This document shows, piece by piece, positions 7,313-15,235 of a DNA stretch of 33,662 nt (the stretch's first letter is position 1; every line of letters begins with the position of its first letter). The stretch comes from an uncultured Anaerolineaceae bacterium. GTDB taxonomy: Bacteria > Chloroflexota > Anaerolineae > Anaerolineales > DRMV01. The stretch lies in assembly GCA_964474015.1 (NCBI GenBank), contig CAYYRG010000002.1, forward strand, positions 10,581 through 44,242, in the 5' to 3' direction. A program made the translations under genes and the position numbers. Under the pieces are notes generated by a model, which was not told where the DNA came from, did not search any database, and worked only from the letters and a program-made list of their open reading frames with translations.

Positions 7313-7386
7313 TGGGCGGGACAGGACTCGAACCTGCGACCTCTTCCTTGTAAGGGAAGCGCTCTAACCAACTGAGCTACCCGCCC
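7313..7386 (-). tRNA. tRNA-Val (anticodon UAC)
   Basis: The 74-nt minus-strand sequence folds by hand into a cloverleaf: acceptor GGGCGGG/CCCGCCC, D-arm GCUC-AGUUGGUUA-GAGC, anticodon arm CUUCC-CUUACAA-GGAAG, T-arm GCAGG-UUCGAGU-CCUGU, discriminator A. No CCA is encoded. Confidence 0.93.
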
Positions 7387-7398
7387 CAACAGGGCTTG

Positions 7399-7404
7399 AT
7401 TATA
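7399..7404 (-). promoter_or_regulatory. Possible -10 box (TATAAT) for tRNA-Val
   Basis: Perfect TATAAT on the minus strand, 12 nt upstream of the mature tRNA 5-prime end. No clear -35. Confidence 0.4.
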
Positions 7405-7419
7405 CCGCAGCGGCGCGGT

Positions 7420-8292
7420 TCAGAAAAGCACCTCTTCGGTTTTGGGCGAACTCAGCGGGGCTTTGCCATAGAGCTGCCGATACAAAGCCCGCAGATTGCG
7501 CCGGTGGAGTTCCGACGCCAGGCCACCCAGCAAAATGTGGCTCTTGCCACAATCGTCGACTTCCAGTTTGTCGAGGTAGTCACCGGCATACTTGCGTCGC
7601 CCCGCCTGCCGCACTTCTTTCCGAATGCAGGCCAGGTAATCCAGGTGCTCTTTGAGCGTATCTTTGATTTCGCCTCGCAGAATGATGTCGCCATGGCCGG
7701 GAATGATATTCTCTAACCGCATCTTGCCCACCCGGCGCAGGCTTTCTACCAGCGCCTCGTAATCGCCATCCACCAGATAAGGGATGGGCATAATCGCGTC
7801 GCCAGAGAACAAAATGCGGTCAGGTTCCACCAAAACGCCCATGCCGTCGGGGCTGTGGCCGGGCAAGGGAATCATCCGCAGCACCTTTTTCCCCACTTTC
7901 AGGCTCATTTCGCCTTCGCTCACCACCATTTGCGGCAACACCAGTTTGATTTGCCGGTAAGCCGCCGAGGTGCGCTGGGCTTCTTCCAACGCCGGCAGCC
8001 CTCTGGAGAGCATCAAACGGCGGCAAAGGGCGTGCGAAATCACCGTCGCCCCGGGGAAGAAGACATTGCCCCAACTGTGGTCGGCGTGGTAATGGGTGTT
8101 GAAAATATAGCGCACGGGCAACTGCACATGCTCTTCGATGAAATCACGCAGCGCTAAGGTTTCGGCGGGCAACGCCAGGGTGTCTATCAAGACTGCCCAT
8201 TTGGGGCCGACCACCAGCCCCGCCGTCACCTGAGCATAGCGCTCGCTTTGAAAGTAATAGACGTTGTCTGCAACGCGTTCATACTGGAACAT
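7420..8292 (-). CDS. MBL-fold metallo-hydrolase
   Basis: HYHADHSWG (HxHxDH) motif with downstream His/Asp ligands (GHSPDG, SGD, PGHG). AGGAGG SD upstream. Confidence 0.8.
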   Translation of the reverse strand: MFQYERVADNVYYFQSERYAQVTAGLVVGPKWAVLIDTLALPAETLALRDFIEEHVQLPVRYIFNTHYHADHSWGNVFFPGATVISHALCRRLMLSRGLPALEEAQRTSAAYRQIKLVLPQMVVSEGEMSLKVGKKVLRMIPLPGHSPDGMGVLVEPDRILFSGDAIMPIPYLVDGDYEALVESLRRVGKMRLENIIPGHGDIILRGEIKDTLKEHLDYLACIRKEVRQAGRRKYAGDYLDKLEVDDCGKSHILLGGLASELHRRNLRALYRQLYGKAPLSSPKTEEVLF

Positions 8293-8338
8293 AACCCCTC
8301 CTGCGGCGGCTCAGGCTGCCAAGTAATGCGTTGCGGCA

Positions 8339-8367
8339 AGGATAGCACAAAGCGGAAAGGCTGTCAA
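8339..8367 (-). promoter_or_regulatory. Sigma-70-type promoter for the MBL hydrolase gene
   Basis: Minus strand has TTGACA (8367-8362), a 17-nt spacer and TATCCT (8344-8339). Confidence 0.55.
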
Positions 8368-8416
8368 AAAACAAGACATAAATAAACCCTGCTGGCCTTC
8401 AGAGGGAAAAGCAAGG

Positions 8417-9511
8417 TCAGGCGGCGCGACGCAGCGTCCACGCCCGCAGCCTGCGGGTGACCGCCAGCACCCGCGGCAGCGCCTGGCTGTACGCCGCGTA
8501 GAGCGCCTGGCGGGCGGGGTAATCCCATGCGCCCAGGGTGCGCACCACCTGAGCGCCAAAGCCGCGTTTGAAGCGGAACACCCCCCACATCGGATCGGTC
8601 GGCGCGAAGTCGTCGGGCGCGCCCCAAAAGTCGTACCAGCGGCAGCCCGCGGCCTTCGCCCGCCGGATGGCTTCCCACTGCAAGGCATAGGTCGGCATTT
8701 TGTTGCGATGCCTGCCCGTGGACATGCCGTAAAAGTAGTAAGCCCGTCCGGCAAAGCGGAACACCACCACCGCCGCCACGGCTTCGCCCTCCACCTCGGC
8801 AATCAGCGGCTCGGCCATACCGGCCTGCATCAGCGTTTGCCACACCGAAAAGTAATAATCGCGCGGGCGAATGATGAAACCGTCGCGCGCTGCGGTCTCG
8901 GCATACATGCGGTAGAGCAACGACAGGTCGGCAAAGGTACCCTCCCGCACCCTCACGCCCTTGCGGAATGCCAGGCGGATGTTGTAGCGGGTCTTCTGCT
9001 TCATGGCAGCGAGCAGTTCGTCTTCGGTGGGGCTCAAATCGAGCAGCACGGTGTTGCGGAACTGCACCTGCTCGGAAGAAAAGCGCCAGCCGCGACGGCG
9101 CAAAGCCGTGCGCACGGCCGCGCCCAGGGGGACTTCCTGAGCCTCTGGTTCACCGGGCACACCAGTGCCTACCACCACATCGGGGTCCATCTTGAGAAAA
9201 ATCGCCCCGCTGCGGCGAGCATACGCCTGCAAATCGTCCAGCACGCGCGTGCGCAACGCCCCGTCTTCCCACGAGGCCAGCAACGGCCCTTTGGGCGCGT
9301 AGAGCACACTCCACGGCAGCGGGGCGGGCAAACGGCGGCGTAACAACAAAGCAGCAGCCACCACCTGCCCGGCGGCATCGCGCCACACGAAAGGCTCAGG
9401 CTGCCAGCCGTAACGTGCTTTGATGCCCGCCCACTCGCGCGTGTGCAAAATGTGCGCCTGGGAAAAAGCCAGAATGATATCGTTCCAGGTGGTGAGGTCA
9501 GCAGGTTGCAT
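8417..9511 (-). CDS. FemAB-family peptidoglycan interpeptide-bridge aminoacyltransferase (FemX-like)
   Basis: Family-typical blocks: FLKMDPDV, KQKTRYNIRLAFRKGV, AxRDGFxxRxxxYF, YYFYGMS, PTYALQWEAIRxAKxxGCxxYDFWG. Confidence 0.8.
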   Translation of the reverse strand: MQPADLTTWNDIILAFSQAHILHTREWAGIKARYGWQPEPFVWRDAAGQVVAAALLLRRRLPAPLPWSVLYAPKGPLLASWEDGALRTRVLDDLQAYARRSGAIFLKMDPDVVVGTGVPGEPEAQEVPLGAAVRTALRRRGWRFSSEQVQFRNTVLLDLSPTEDELLAAMKQKTRYNIRLAFRKGVRVREGTFADLSLLYRMYAETAARDGFIIRPRDYYFSVWQTLMQAGMAEPLIAEVEGEAVAAVVVFRFAGRAYYFYGMSTGRHRNKMPTYALQWEAIRRAKAAGCRWYDFWGAPDDFAPTDPMWGVFRFKRGFGAQVVRTLGAWDYPARQALYAAYSQALPRVLAVTRRLRAWTLRRAA

Positions 9512-9569
9512 GGAAAAAATTCCGCGAGGGGTGCGTGCACGAACATGACGCGCGAGGAGCGCCCTCAGC

Positions 9570-10313
9570 CTACTTCGCCATCCAAATCACCAAGAGCGCG
9601 CCCAGCACCAGAAAAGGGCCGTAGGGAATGTAAGCATCCAGCCGCCAGCGATGCCAGCGCAACACGCCATAAAGCAAAAACAGCAGGCTGAAAGCCCCCC
9701 CCAGGAAGATGGCGAAGGTCAAGCCAGCCCACACACCCGGCCAGCCCAAAAGCAAGCCCAATCCCCCCATCAGGATGACGTCGCCAAAGCCCAGGGCCGG
9801 CTCTTCAGACGGGGGCTCACCAGCACGGCGCGCTTTCCAGTGGTCGTAAGCACGCCCGAGGAAGAAAAGCGCCAGCATCACCCCGGCGCCGGCCGCCCCG
9901 CCCAGCAGCGTCGCCAGCCAGCCGTGCCGCCAGACGCCCAGCCCCAGGCCCAACAGGGCCCCCATGCCGCTTACCGAAAACCATATCATCCGGTGTTCCA
10001 CATCCATCACGATGATAGCGAGGGCATACATAGCCACAGCCCACACCGCCCAAAAGCCCCACTTGGGCGGCCACAGCCACAACGCCGCGCCCGCCGCCAC
10101 CGCCAGCGCCAGCACCACGCCGTGCCGCCACCGCCGCCGCCCACAATGCGGGCAGGGCTGCCACCAACGCAAATACACTGCCGCAGGAAGCACCTCACCA
10201 CACAAAAAACACACCGCCTTTGTCGTGCTGTGCGGCACCGCATCGGCGAGGTAATTCACCACCCCACCCGCCAACAGGCTCAACACCACCACGCCCACCA
10301 ACGCCATTTTCAC
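9570..10313 (-). CDS. Prepilin peptidase (A24 family)
   Basis: Polytopic membrane protein with an N-terminal CFLCG...CPHCG zinc motif, a GFGDVILMGGLG aspartate box and C-terminal IPYGPFL. Its GTG start overlaps the upstream stop (GTGA). Confidence 0.8.
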   Translation of the reverse strand: MKMALVGVVVLSLLAGGVVNYLADAVPHSTTKAVCFLCGEVLPAAVYLRWWQPCPHCGRRRWRHGVVLALAVAAGAALWLWPPKWGFWAVWAVAMYALAIIVMDVEHRMIWFSVSGMGALLGLGLGVWRHGWLATLLGGAAGAGVMLALFFLGRAYDHWKARRAGEPPSEEPALGFGDVILMGGLGLLLGWPGVWAGLTFAIFLGGAFSLLFLLYGVLRWHRWRLDAYIPYGPFLVLGALLVIWMAK

Positions 10314-10933
10314 CGCCTCTGCCAGAACGATACGGCCATCCCAAACATGCCCAAAGCCAGCAGGCCAATGATGACCAGCGCGCTGGGGAAGCGGGTGGTC
10401 GCCGGCACGCTATCTACGAAGGTGGGCACGGCCAACGGCGGCGGCGCCGTAAACGTCGGCAGCCGCGTGGGCGGCACCTCGACCAGGAACTGCGCCGCCA
10501 GGGTAGGGTCCACGGTGGGGGTCACTTTGGGCGTGGGGGTCGGCGGCGGTTCGACAATCGGCACGTCGCCGCCCTCCAGCCGCACGACGTAGGCATACAC
10601 CCAACCGGTGCCGTCAGGCGAGCCAGGGTAGACGATCTTAATCCACTCCCCCGCGGGGGTGCGGCCAATCGCAGGCACGCGCTCCCCCACCACCAGAATG
10701 CCGATAATCGGCCAGCGGCTGCTGGGGCCGGCGCGCACATGCACCTGCGGGTTACCGCCGCCCAGCACCACCACCGTGGGGCCGGTGGGTGTACCCGTCA
10801 CCGTCGGGATAGGCGTGGCGTTGGCAGCCTGAAACGCGGCCTGCCCGGCTGCCGCGTGCCAGCCTGCCCATAACAGGGCAATTGCCAGCACCGCGACGGC
10901 CCAAAATGCTTGCTTTCGCTTCGTCTCCATCAT
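10310..10933 (-). CDS. SH3b-domain protein with N-terminal signal/anchor, P/T-rich linker and C-terminal TM anchor
   Basis: SH3_3-like core VHVRAGPSSRWPIIGILVVGERVPAIGRTPAGEWIKIVYP...GWVYAYVV, and a C-terminal ALVIIGLLALGMFGMAVSFWQRR. The start is set at MMETKRK because an extended -10 box lies 7 nt upstream. Confidence 0.7.
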   Translation of the reverse strand: MMETKRKQAFWAVAVLAIALLWAGWHAAAGQAAFQAANATPIPTVTGTPTGPTVVVLGGGNPQVHVRAGPSSRWPIIGILVVGERVPAIGRTPAGEWIKIVYPGSPDGTGWVYAYVVRLEGGDVPIVEPPPTPTPKVTPTVDPTLAAQFLVEVPPTRLPTFTAPPPLAVPTFVDSVPATTRFPSALVIIGLLALGMFGMAVSFWQRR

Positions 10934-10940
10934 GGCGGCG

Positions 10941-10949
10941 ATTATAACA
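10941..10949 (-). promoter_or_regulatory. Extended -10 promoter (TGTTATAAT), probably giving a leaderless SH3-protein mRNA
   Basis: Minus strand reads TGTTATAAT, then 7 nt, then ATGATG (10933). Confidence 0.55.
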
Positions 10950-10973
10950 CCGCCGCCGCACAAGGCAAAGTTG

Positions 10974-10982
10974 TGTTATCAT
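10974..10982 (+). promoter_or_regulatory. Extended -10 promoter (TGTTATCAT) for the histidine phosphatase gene
   Basis: Plus strand has TGTTATCAT about 38 nt upstream of ATG 11021, back-to-back with the 10941-10949 box. Confidence 0.45.
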
Positions 10983-11020
10983 CGGGAAAAACCTTCCCTT
11001 TCCCCTTTGCGAGTCTGCTC

Positions 11021-11677
11021 ATGTCTCCACAGCCCCGTCACAACGCTCCTTCCAAATACCTCTTCGTGTTGCTGCGTCACGGCGAATCGGAAGGCAACGC
11101 CCGCAATGTGCATCAGGGGCAGGCCGACTTTCCGCTGACCGAAGCCGGGCGCGAACAGGCACGCCGTCTGGCACGTGCCTGGGCCGAACAAGGCGTGACC
11201 TTCGACGGCATCATCGCCAGCCCGCTGAAGCGCGCCGCCGAAACAGCCCGCATCGTGGCCGAGACACTGGGCTTCCCCGTCGAGGCTATCGTCTACGACG
11301 CGGTGTGGAAAGAACGCGACAAAGGCAATTTCACCGGACAACCCTTCCACCAAACCGCGGCCAGCCCGGCCTCGCTTTATCATCCGGTGGGCGAAACCGG
11401 CGAAAGCATCTGGGAAGTGTATCAGCGAGCCACCGAAGCCCTGCGGCGGCTGCTGGCCAACCCGCCGGGGCGCTATCTCGTGGTCTCCCACGGCGGCATC
11501 ACCAACCTGGTCATCCATGCCATCTTAGGCATTCCGCCCCAACCCTACCCGCACACACCGAGTTTTCGCTTCCCCAACACCGGCTACATCGTCTTCTCTT
11601 ACCGTCCCGAACCCCACCGCTGGCACATCCTCGGCCTGTGCCACCGCCTCGAAGAAGGCGAATTTCCCTGCGTGTAG
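11021..11677 (+). CDS. Histidine phosphatase family protein (phosphoglycerate mutase-like)
   Basis: LLRHGESEGN catalytic motif at the N-terminus and a later SHGG motif. Start taken at the internal ATG 11021. Confidence 0.8.
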   Translation: MSPQPRHNAPSKYLFVLLRHGESEGNARNVHQGQADFPLTEAGREQARRLARAWAEQGVTFDGIIASPLKRAAETARIVAETLGFPVEAIVYDAVWKERDKGNFTGQPFHQTAASPASLYHPVGETGESIWEVYQRATEALRRLLANPPGRYLVVSHGGITNLVIHAILGIPPQPYPHTPSFRFPNTGYIVFSYRPEPHRWHILGLCHRLEEGEFPCV

Positions 11678-11698
11678 CCTCCTCACCCGAGCAACCTT

Positions 11699-12736
11699 AT
11701 GCGCTACCTCATCATCGGCGCAGGCGCCATCGGCACCTATTTGGGCGTCAACCTGGCCCATGCAGGGCAGGAAGTCACCTTCCTCGCCCGACCTGCCACC
11801 GCGGCGCACCTGCAAGCGCACGGTCTGAGGCTGATCACCGCGAGCGGCGAAGTGCGGCGCATTCGCGCCCCCCAGGTGGCAGCCTCCCCTGCCGAGGCGC
11901 TGGAACACCGCCACTACGACGCCGCCCTGCTGGCCTTGAAGACCTACCACACCGCCGCCTTTCTGGAAAGCATCGCCCCGTGGCGTGAACGTTTCCCGCC
12001 GGTAGTCTGCCTGCAAAACGGGGTGGAAGCCGAAGGCGTGCTGGCGGCATTCCTGGGAGAAGGCCGGGTGCTTGCGGGCACGGTGACCACCGCGGTAGCG
12101 CGCCGCGCGCCGGGGCAGGCCACGGTCGAGCGGGCACGCGGCGTGGGGCTGGCCGCCAATCACCCCCTGGCCGAGCCGTTAGCCACGGCGCTACAAGCCG
12201 CGGGGGTAGCGACGCGGCTTTACCCCAACGGCGCGGCGATGAAATGGTCGAAACTGCTCACCAACCTGCTGGGCAATGCCACTTCTGCCATTCTCGACAT
12301 GCCCCCGGCAGAAATTTTCGCTCACCCCGCCCTCGCCCGCCTGGAAACCGCCCAACTGCGGGAAGCCCTGGCCGTGATGGCCGCGCTTGGGCTGCCAGTG
12401 GTGGACCTGCCCGGCGTTGCGGTGCGTCGGCTGGCGTGGGCTGTCCGTTGGCTGCCCCAATGGCTGCTGCAGCCCTTGATGCAAAAAGCCGTCGGCAGCG
12501 GGCGCGGCGGCAAAATGCCTTCCTTCCACATTGACCTGCACGGCGGGCGCGGCCAGACCGAAGTGGACGCGCTCCACGGCGCCGTCGTCCGCTATGGGGC
12601 GCGGGTGGGCGTGCCCACGCCGGTCAACCGCGCCCTCACCGAAACCCTGCAAGCCCTCACCCGGGGGGAATTGCCACTGGAGGCGTTTCGCCACAACCCG
12701 GAAGCCCTGCTGCGGCGCGTCGCCGCCCAGTCATGA
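11699..12736 (+). CDS. 2-dehydropantoate 2-reductase family protein (PanE/ApbA-like)
   Basis: N-terminal Rossmann IIGAGAIGTYLG, central MKWSKLLxN and a C-terminal ApbA-like domain. Confidence 0.75.
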   Translation: MRYLIIGAGAIGTYLGVNLAHAGQEVTFLARPATAAHLQAHGLRLITASGEVRRIRAPQVAASPAEALEHRHYDAALLALKTYHTAAFLESIAPWRERFPPVVCLQNGVEAEGVLAAFLGEGRVLAGTVTTAVARRAPGQATVERARGVGLAANHPLAEPLATALQAAGVATRLYPNGAAMKWSKLLTNLLGNATSAILDMPPAEIFAHPALARLETAQLREALAVMAALGLPVVDLPGVAVRRLAWAVRWLPQWLLQPLMQKAVGSGRGGKMPSFHIDLHGGRGQTEVDALHGAVVRYGARVGVPTPVNRALTETLQALTRGELPLEAFRHNPEALLRRVAAQS

Positions 12737-12755
12737 CCCCCTCACCTCGGCTTCC

Positions 12756-13337
12756 TCATGCCTCAGGCCGCCCCGGCACTTCGTGGTGGGCGCGGCAACG
12801 GGCTTCATACATTTCTGAAGCACCCACAATGACTACGGGGTCGTCGTAACGCGCCGGCTTCCCGTTGATCAGGCGCTGCGAGCGGCTGGCGGGGAAACCG
12901 CACACCACGCAAATAGCCTGCAACTTATCGACCTGGTCGGCCTGGGCTAACAGCGCCGGCATGGGGCCAAAGGGTTCGCCGCGGAAATCCATATCCAACC
13001 CGGCGACGATGACGCGCACGCCCCGGTCGGCCAGACGCTGCACGATGGCGGTAATTTCCTCGGAAAAGAACTGCGCCTCGTCAATGCCCACTACTGTCGT
13101 CTCGCTCATCAGATGTTGCTCCAACTCGCCGATATCGTTCAGGGGAATAGCCTCGAACACCCCGCCTGCGTGGGAAGCCACCGCGGTTTCGGCATAGCGG
13201 TTGTCGAGGGCGGGCTTGAAAACCTGCACCTTTTGTTTGGCAATCACCGCGCGGCGCAACCGGCGGATGAGTTCTTCGGTCTTGCCGCTGAACATTGGGC
13301 CTGCAATCACTTCCAGCCTGCCTTGCAAATGTCGCAT
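12756..13337 (-). CDS. tdk: Thymidine kinase
   Basis: [15 protein letters not shown]-loop, IGIDEAQFF and a C-terminal zinc ribbon (CVVCG...RCRAHH). Confidence 0.92.
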   Translation of the reverse strand: MRHLQGRLEVIAGPMFSGKTEELIRRLRRAVIAKQKVQVFKPALDNRYAETAVASHAGGVFEAIPLNDIGELEQHLMSETTVVGIDEAQFFSEEITAIVQRLADRGVRVIVAGLDMDFRGEPFGPMPALLAQADQVDKLQAICVVCGFPASRSQRLINGKPARYDDPVVIVGASEMYEARCRAHHEVPGRPEA

Positions 13338-13385
13338 GAGTCCCTCCAGAAAATTTTTGTTTTTTTCTGCATCCCCCGCTGCTCG

Positions 13386-14900
13386 TCACGCCAACGCCGC
13401 GGCCACCTCGTCGAGCGGCACAATGCGGGCTTCGCCTCGGCGGGGTTTGACCTCGGCGCCGCCTTGCTTCAAACTGCGCCTGCTCACCGTCACCCGCACC
13501 GGCAGGCCGATGAGGTCCGCGTCGGTGAATTTGACGCCGGGGCTGGCCTTGCGGTCGTCGTACAACACTGCGAAGCCTTCGGCGCGCAATTCGCTGTAGA
13601 GAGCGTCCGCGACCTCTTCGCCGCCACGCAGGGCAATCAAATGGACGGCATACGGGGCCAGTGCGGAGGGCCAGGCCAAGCCATCGGGCTGGCTGTGGGC
13701 AGTGGCCAGGGCTGCCACCGCGGCCTCGCCATCCACCCAGGCAACCGCCACCCCCAGCGGGGCGGTTTTCCCCTCGGGGGTGAGGTAAACAGCAGAGGTT
13801 TCCAGGCTCTGGGAAGCCGTAATCACCCAGGCGGCCGCGGCCTGGAGAGGCGTGCCGCATTGCGGGCAGGGGTCGCCTTCCCCTGCGGCGGCAATGTCGG
13901 CCACCAGGTCGGCCTGGAAGTCGCGCCCATAGTTGACGCCGGTCAGGTGGTAGCCTTCCCGGTTCGCGCCGGCGACCAGATTGGGGCTGCGGGGGATGAG
14001 GTCGTCGACGACCACCAGCGCGCCGCGCACGCCCACCGGCGAAGCATAGCCGGGCACCGCTCCCACGGCGCGAATTTCGTCGTCGGTTGCAGGGGCCAGC
14101 CCATCCACGCCCAGCAAGGCAGCCAATTTGGGCAAAGAAACCTGCATATCGCCGCGCACAACGGCGAAAACCAGGCGCGGCGTGGCTTCCTGGGTGTGCA
14201 GGAAGACCGCTTTGGCCGTGCGGCTTTCGGGCACGCCGAGGAAATCGGCCAACGCGCGGATGGTGTTGGCGTGCGGGGTGGCAACGGGCGTCAACGGGGC
14301 CAGCGGTTCGGTCTCTGGCGCAGGCTTGGCGCGCCGCGCCCACGCCACAGGGGCTTCGTAGCCACAGCGAGGGCAGCGCAAGGTCGGTTCGCCACCCTGT
14401 GCGGCAGGCGCGAGGCCCAGGGTTGCCAGGCCAGCCAGGGCTGCCGGGCCTTCCCCGGCATCCAACGGCAGCCCCAACGGCCGCAACGCCGCTTCCCAGC
14501 GCTCGCGCACCGCCTGGGCGGCTTCCAGCGCGGCTTCAGGCGTGGCATCCAGCGCCAACACGGCGAGGCGGTGAGGAGCACGCCAGAGCAGCACACGCGG
14601 CAGCTGGCGGTAGGAAGCCACGTGGGCCTCCAGCAGCGCGGTGAGGGCCACAGGCAAACGCCGCGGCCAGGGGAACTCTGGCGCGGGGAAGTCCACTTCT
14701 TGCAACGAAGCCGCCTCACCCCATGCGGCTTCCAAAATGCGAAAAAGCCGTCCCTGCAGCGCCATGCCCAGCGGCAGCCATAGGCGCACCTGGTCAGTCT
14801 CATGCCAGTAAGCCGCCCGCAGCAGCCAATGGCGGCCATCTTCTGGCGGGTAGCGCCCTGCCTGGCGCTGGCTTTGTCCAAAGAGCTTGCTCAAACGCAT
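13386..14900 (-). CDS. Bacterial-type prolyl-tRNA synthetase paralog with degenerate catalytic core (INS editing and anticodon-binding domains retained)
   Basis: ProRS-like N-terminus MRLSKLF and SYRQLP, CPRCGYEA and GDPCPQCG landmarks. INS/YbaK-like block (TAKAVFL...VFAVVRGD...GANREGYHL). Anticodon-binding domain (WPSALAPYAVHLIAL...LYDDRKASPGVKFTDADLIGLP). The motif 2 FRDE..R.REF segment is absent, and motif 3 GCYGIG is replaced by AWVDGE. Start at ATG 14900, with AGGAGGG 6 nt upstream. Confidence 0.7.
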   Translation of the reverse strand: MRLSKLFGQSQRQAGRYPPEDGRHWLLRAAYWHETDQVRLWLPLGMALQGRLFRILEAAWGEAASLQEVDFPAPEFPWPRRLPVALTALLEAHVASYRQLPRVLLWRAPHRLAVLALDATPEAALEAAQAVRERWEAALRPLGLPLDAGEGPAALAGLATLGLAPAAQGGEPTLRCPRCGYEAPVAWARRAKPAPETEPLAPLTPVATPHANTIRALADFLGVPESRTAKAVFLHTQEATPRLVFAVVRGDMQVSLPKLAALLGVDGLAPATDDEIRAVGAVPGYASPVGVRGALVVVDDLIPRSPNLVAGANREGYHLTGVNYGRDFQADLVADIAAAGEGDPCPQCGTPLQAAAAWVITASQSLETSAVYLTPEGKTAPLGVAVAWVDGEAAVAALATAHSQPDGLAWPSALAPYAVHLIALRGGEEVADALYSELRAEGFAVLYDDRKASPGVKFTDADLIGLPVRVTVSRRSLKQGGAEVKPRRGEARIVPLDEVAAALA

Positions 14901-14937
14901 GTTTTTCCCTCCTGGCCGGACCGCACCGTAAAGGGCA

Positions 14938-14965
14938 GAAAACCCCGCGCGAAGGGCGCGGGGTT
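14938..14965 (-). terminator. Intrinsic terminator-like hairpin after the DUF1540 gene
   Basis: Perfect 10-bp stem AACCCCGCGC / GCGCGGGGTT with a 5-nt loop, followed on the minus strand by UUUUCUGCCCUUU. Confidence 0.6.
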
Positions 14966-14987
14966 CCCCAGCGGGATTCAACGCCGT

Positions 14988-15206
14988 TTACAGGTCGTCA
15001 TCCTCCCACAAGTCGTCGTCGTCCAAAAAATCATCGTCGTCCAACAAGTCGTCTTCCAGCAGGTCGTCGTCCCAGGCTTCCAGCACCTCAGCGACGGGCT
15101 TATAGGTCAGGCACCCCTGATCGGGGTCGAACTCCACCTCCGAGGCGGTGCAATAGTGGCCGTCTAAAAAGGCGCAATCCTCGTAGGCACAACGAATGCG
15201 GGGCAT
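14988..15206 (-). CDS. DUF1540-like cysteine protein with polyacidic C-terminal tail
   Basis: 72 aa. RIRCAYEDCAFLDGHYCTASEVEFDPDQGCLTY fits the DUF1540 C-x4-C-x7-C...C-x-T-F/Y pattern. The last 30 residues are EAWDDDLLEDDLLDDDDFLDDDDLWEDDDL. AGGAGGTG SD upstream. Confidence 0.65.
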   Translation of the reverse strand: MPRIRCAYEDCAFLDGHYCTASEVEFDPDQGCLTYKPVAEVLEAWDDDLLEDDLLDDDDFLDDDDLWEDDDL

Positions 15207-15235
15207 CTAACGCCACCTCCTGAAAGGAAATCGGC

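Noticed and set aside
7420-8292. Lower GC of the MBL hydrolase gene as a sign of horizontal transfer
   Set aside because: The drop is modest and comparable with rel and sucCD. There are no flanking repeats or mobility genes, unlike the clearly deviant 60-825 cassette.
7313-9511. tRNA-Val(UAC) as a dedicated cell-wall (FemAB) substrate tRNA, because FemAB, the MBL hydrolase and the tRNA are co-oriented
   Set aside because: The tRNA has canonical D-loop GG and T-loop UUCGA elements and a normal acceptor/T stem. It shows none of the deviations known from the non-proteinogenic staphylococcal tRNA-Gly species. It also has its own -10 box. The adjacency is probably coincidental.
13081-14783. ORFs 13081-14343 (-, 420 aa) and 13113-14783 (+, 556 aa), alternative frames over the ProRS-like gene and tdk
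   Set aside because: They are Arg/Gly/Pro-rich nonsense frames. The frame retained carries recognisable ProRS landmarks, an SD and an anticodon-binding domain.
14988-15080. GTCGTC-rich quasi-repeats at the DNA level
   Set aside because: They are simply the antisense of the GAC/GAG codons that encode the polyacidic tail of the DUF1540-like protein. No separate DNA-level repeat is needed to explain them.
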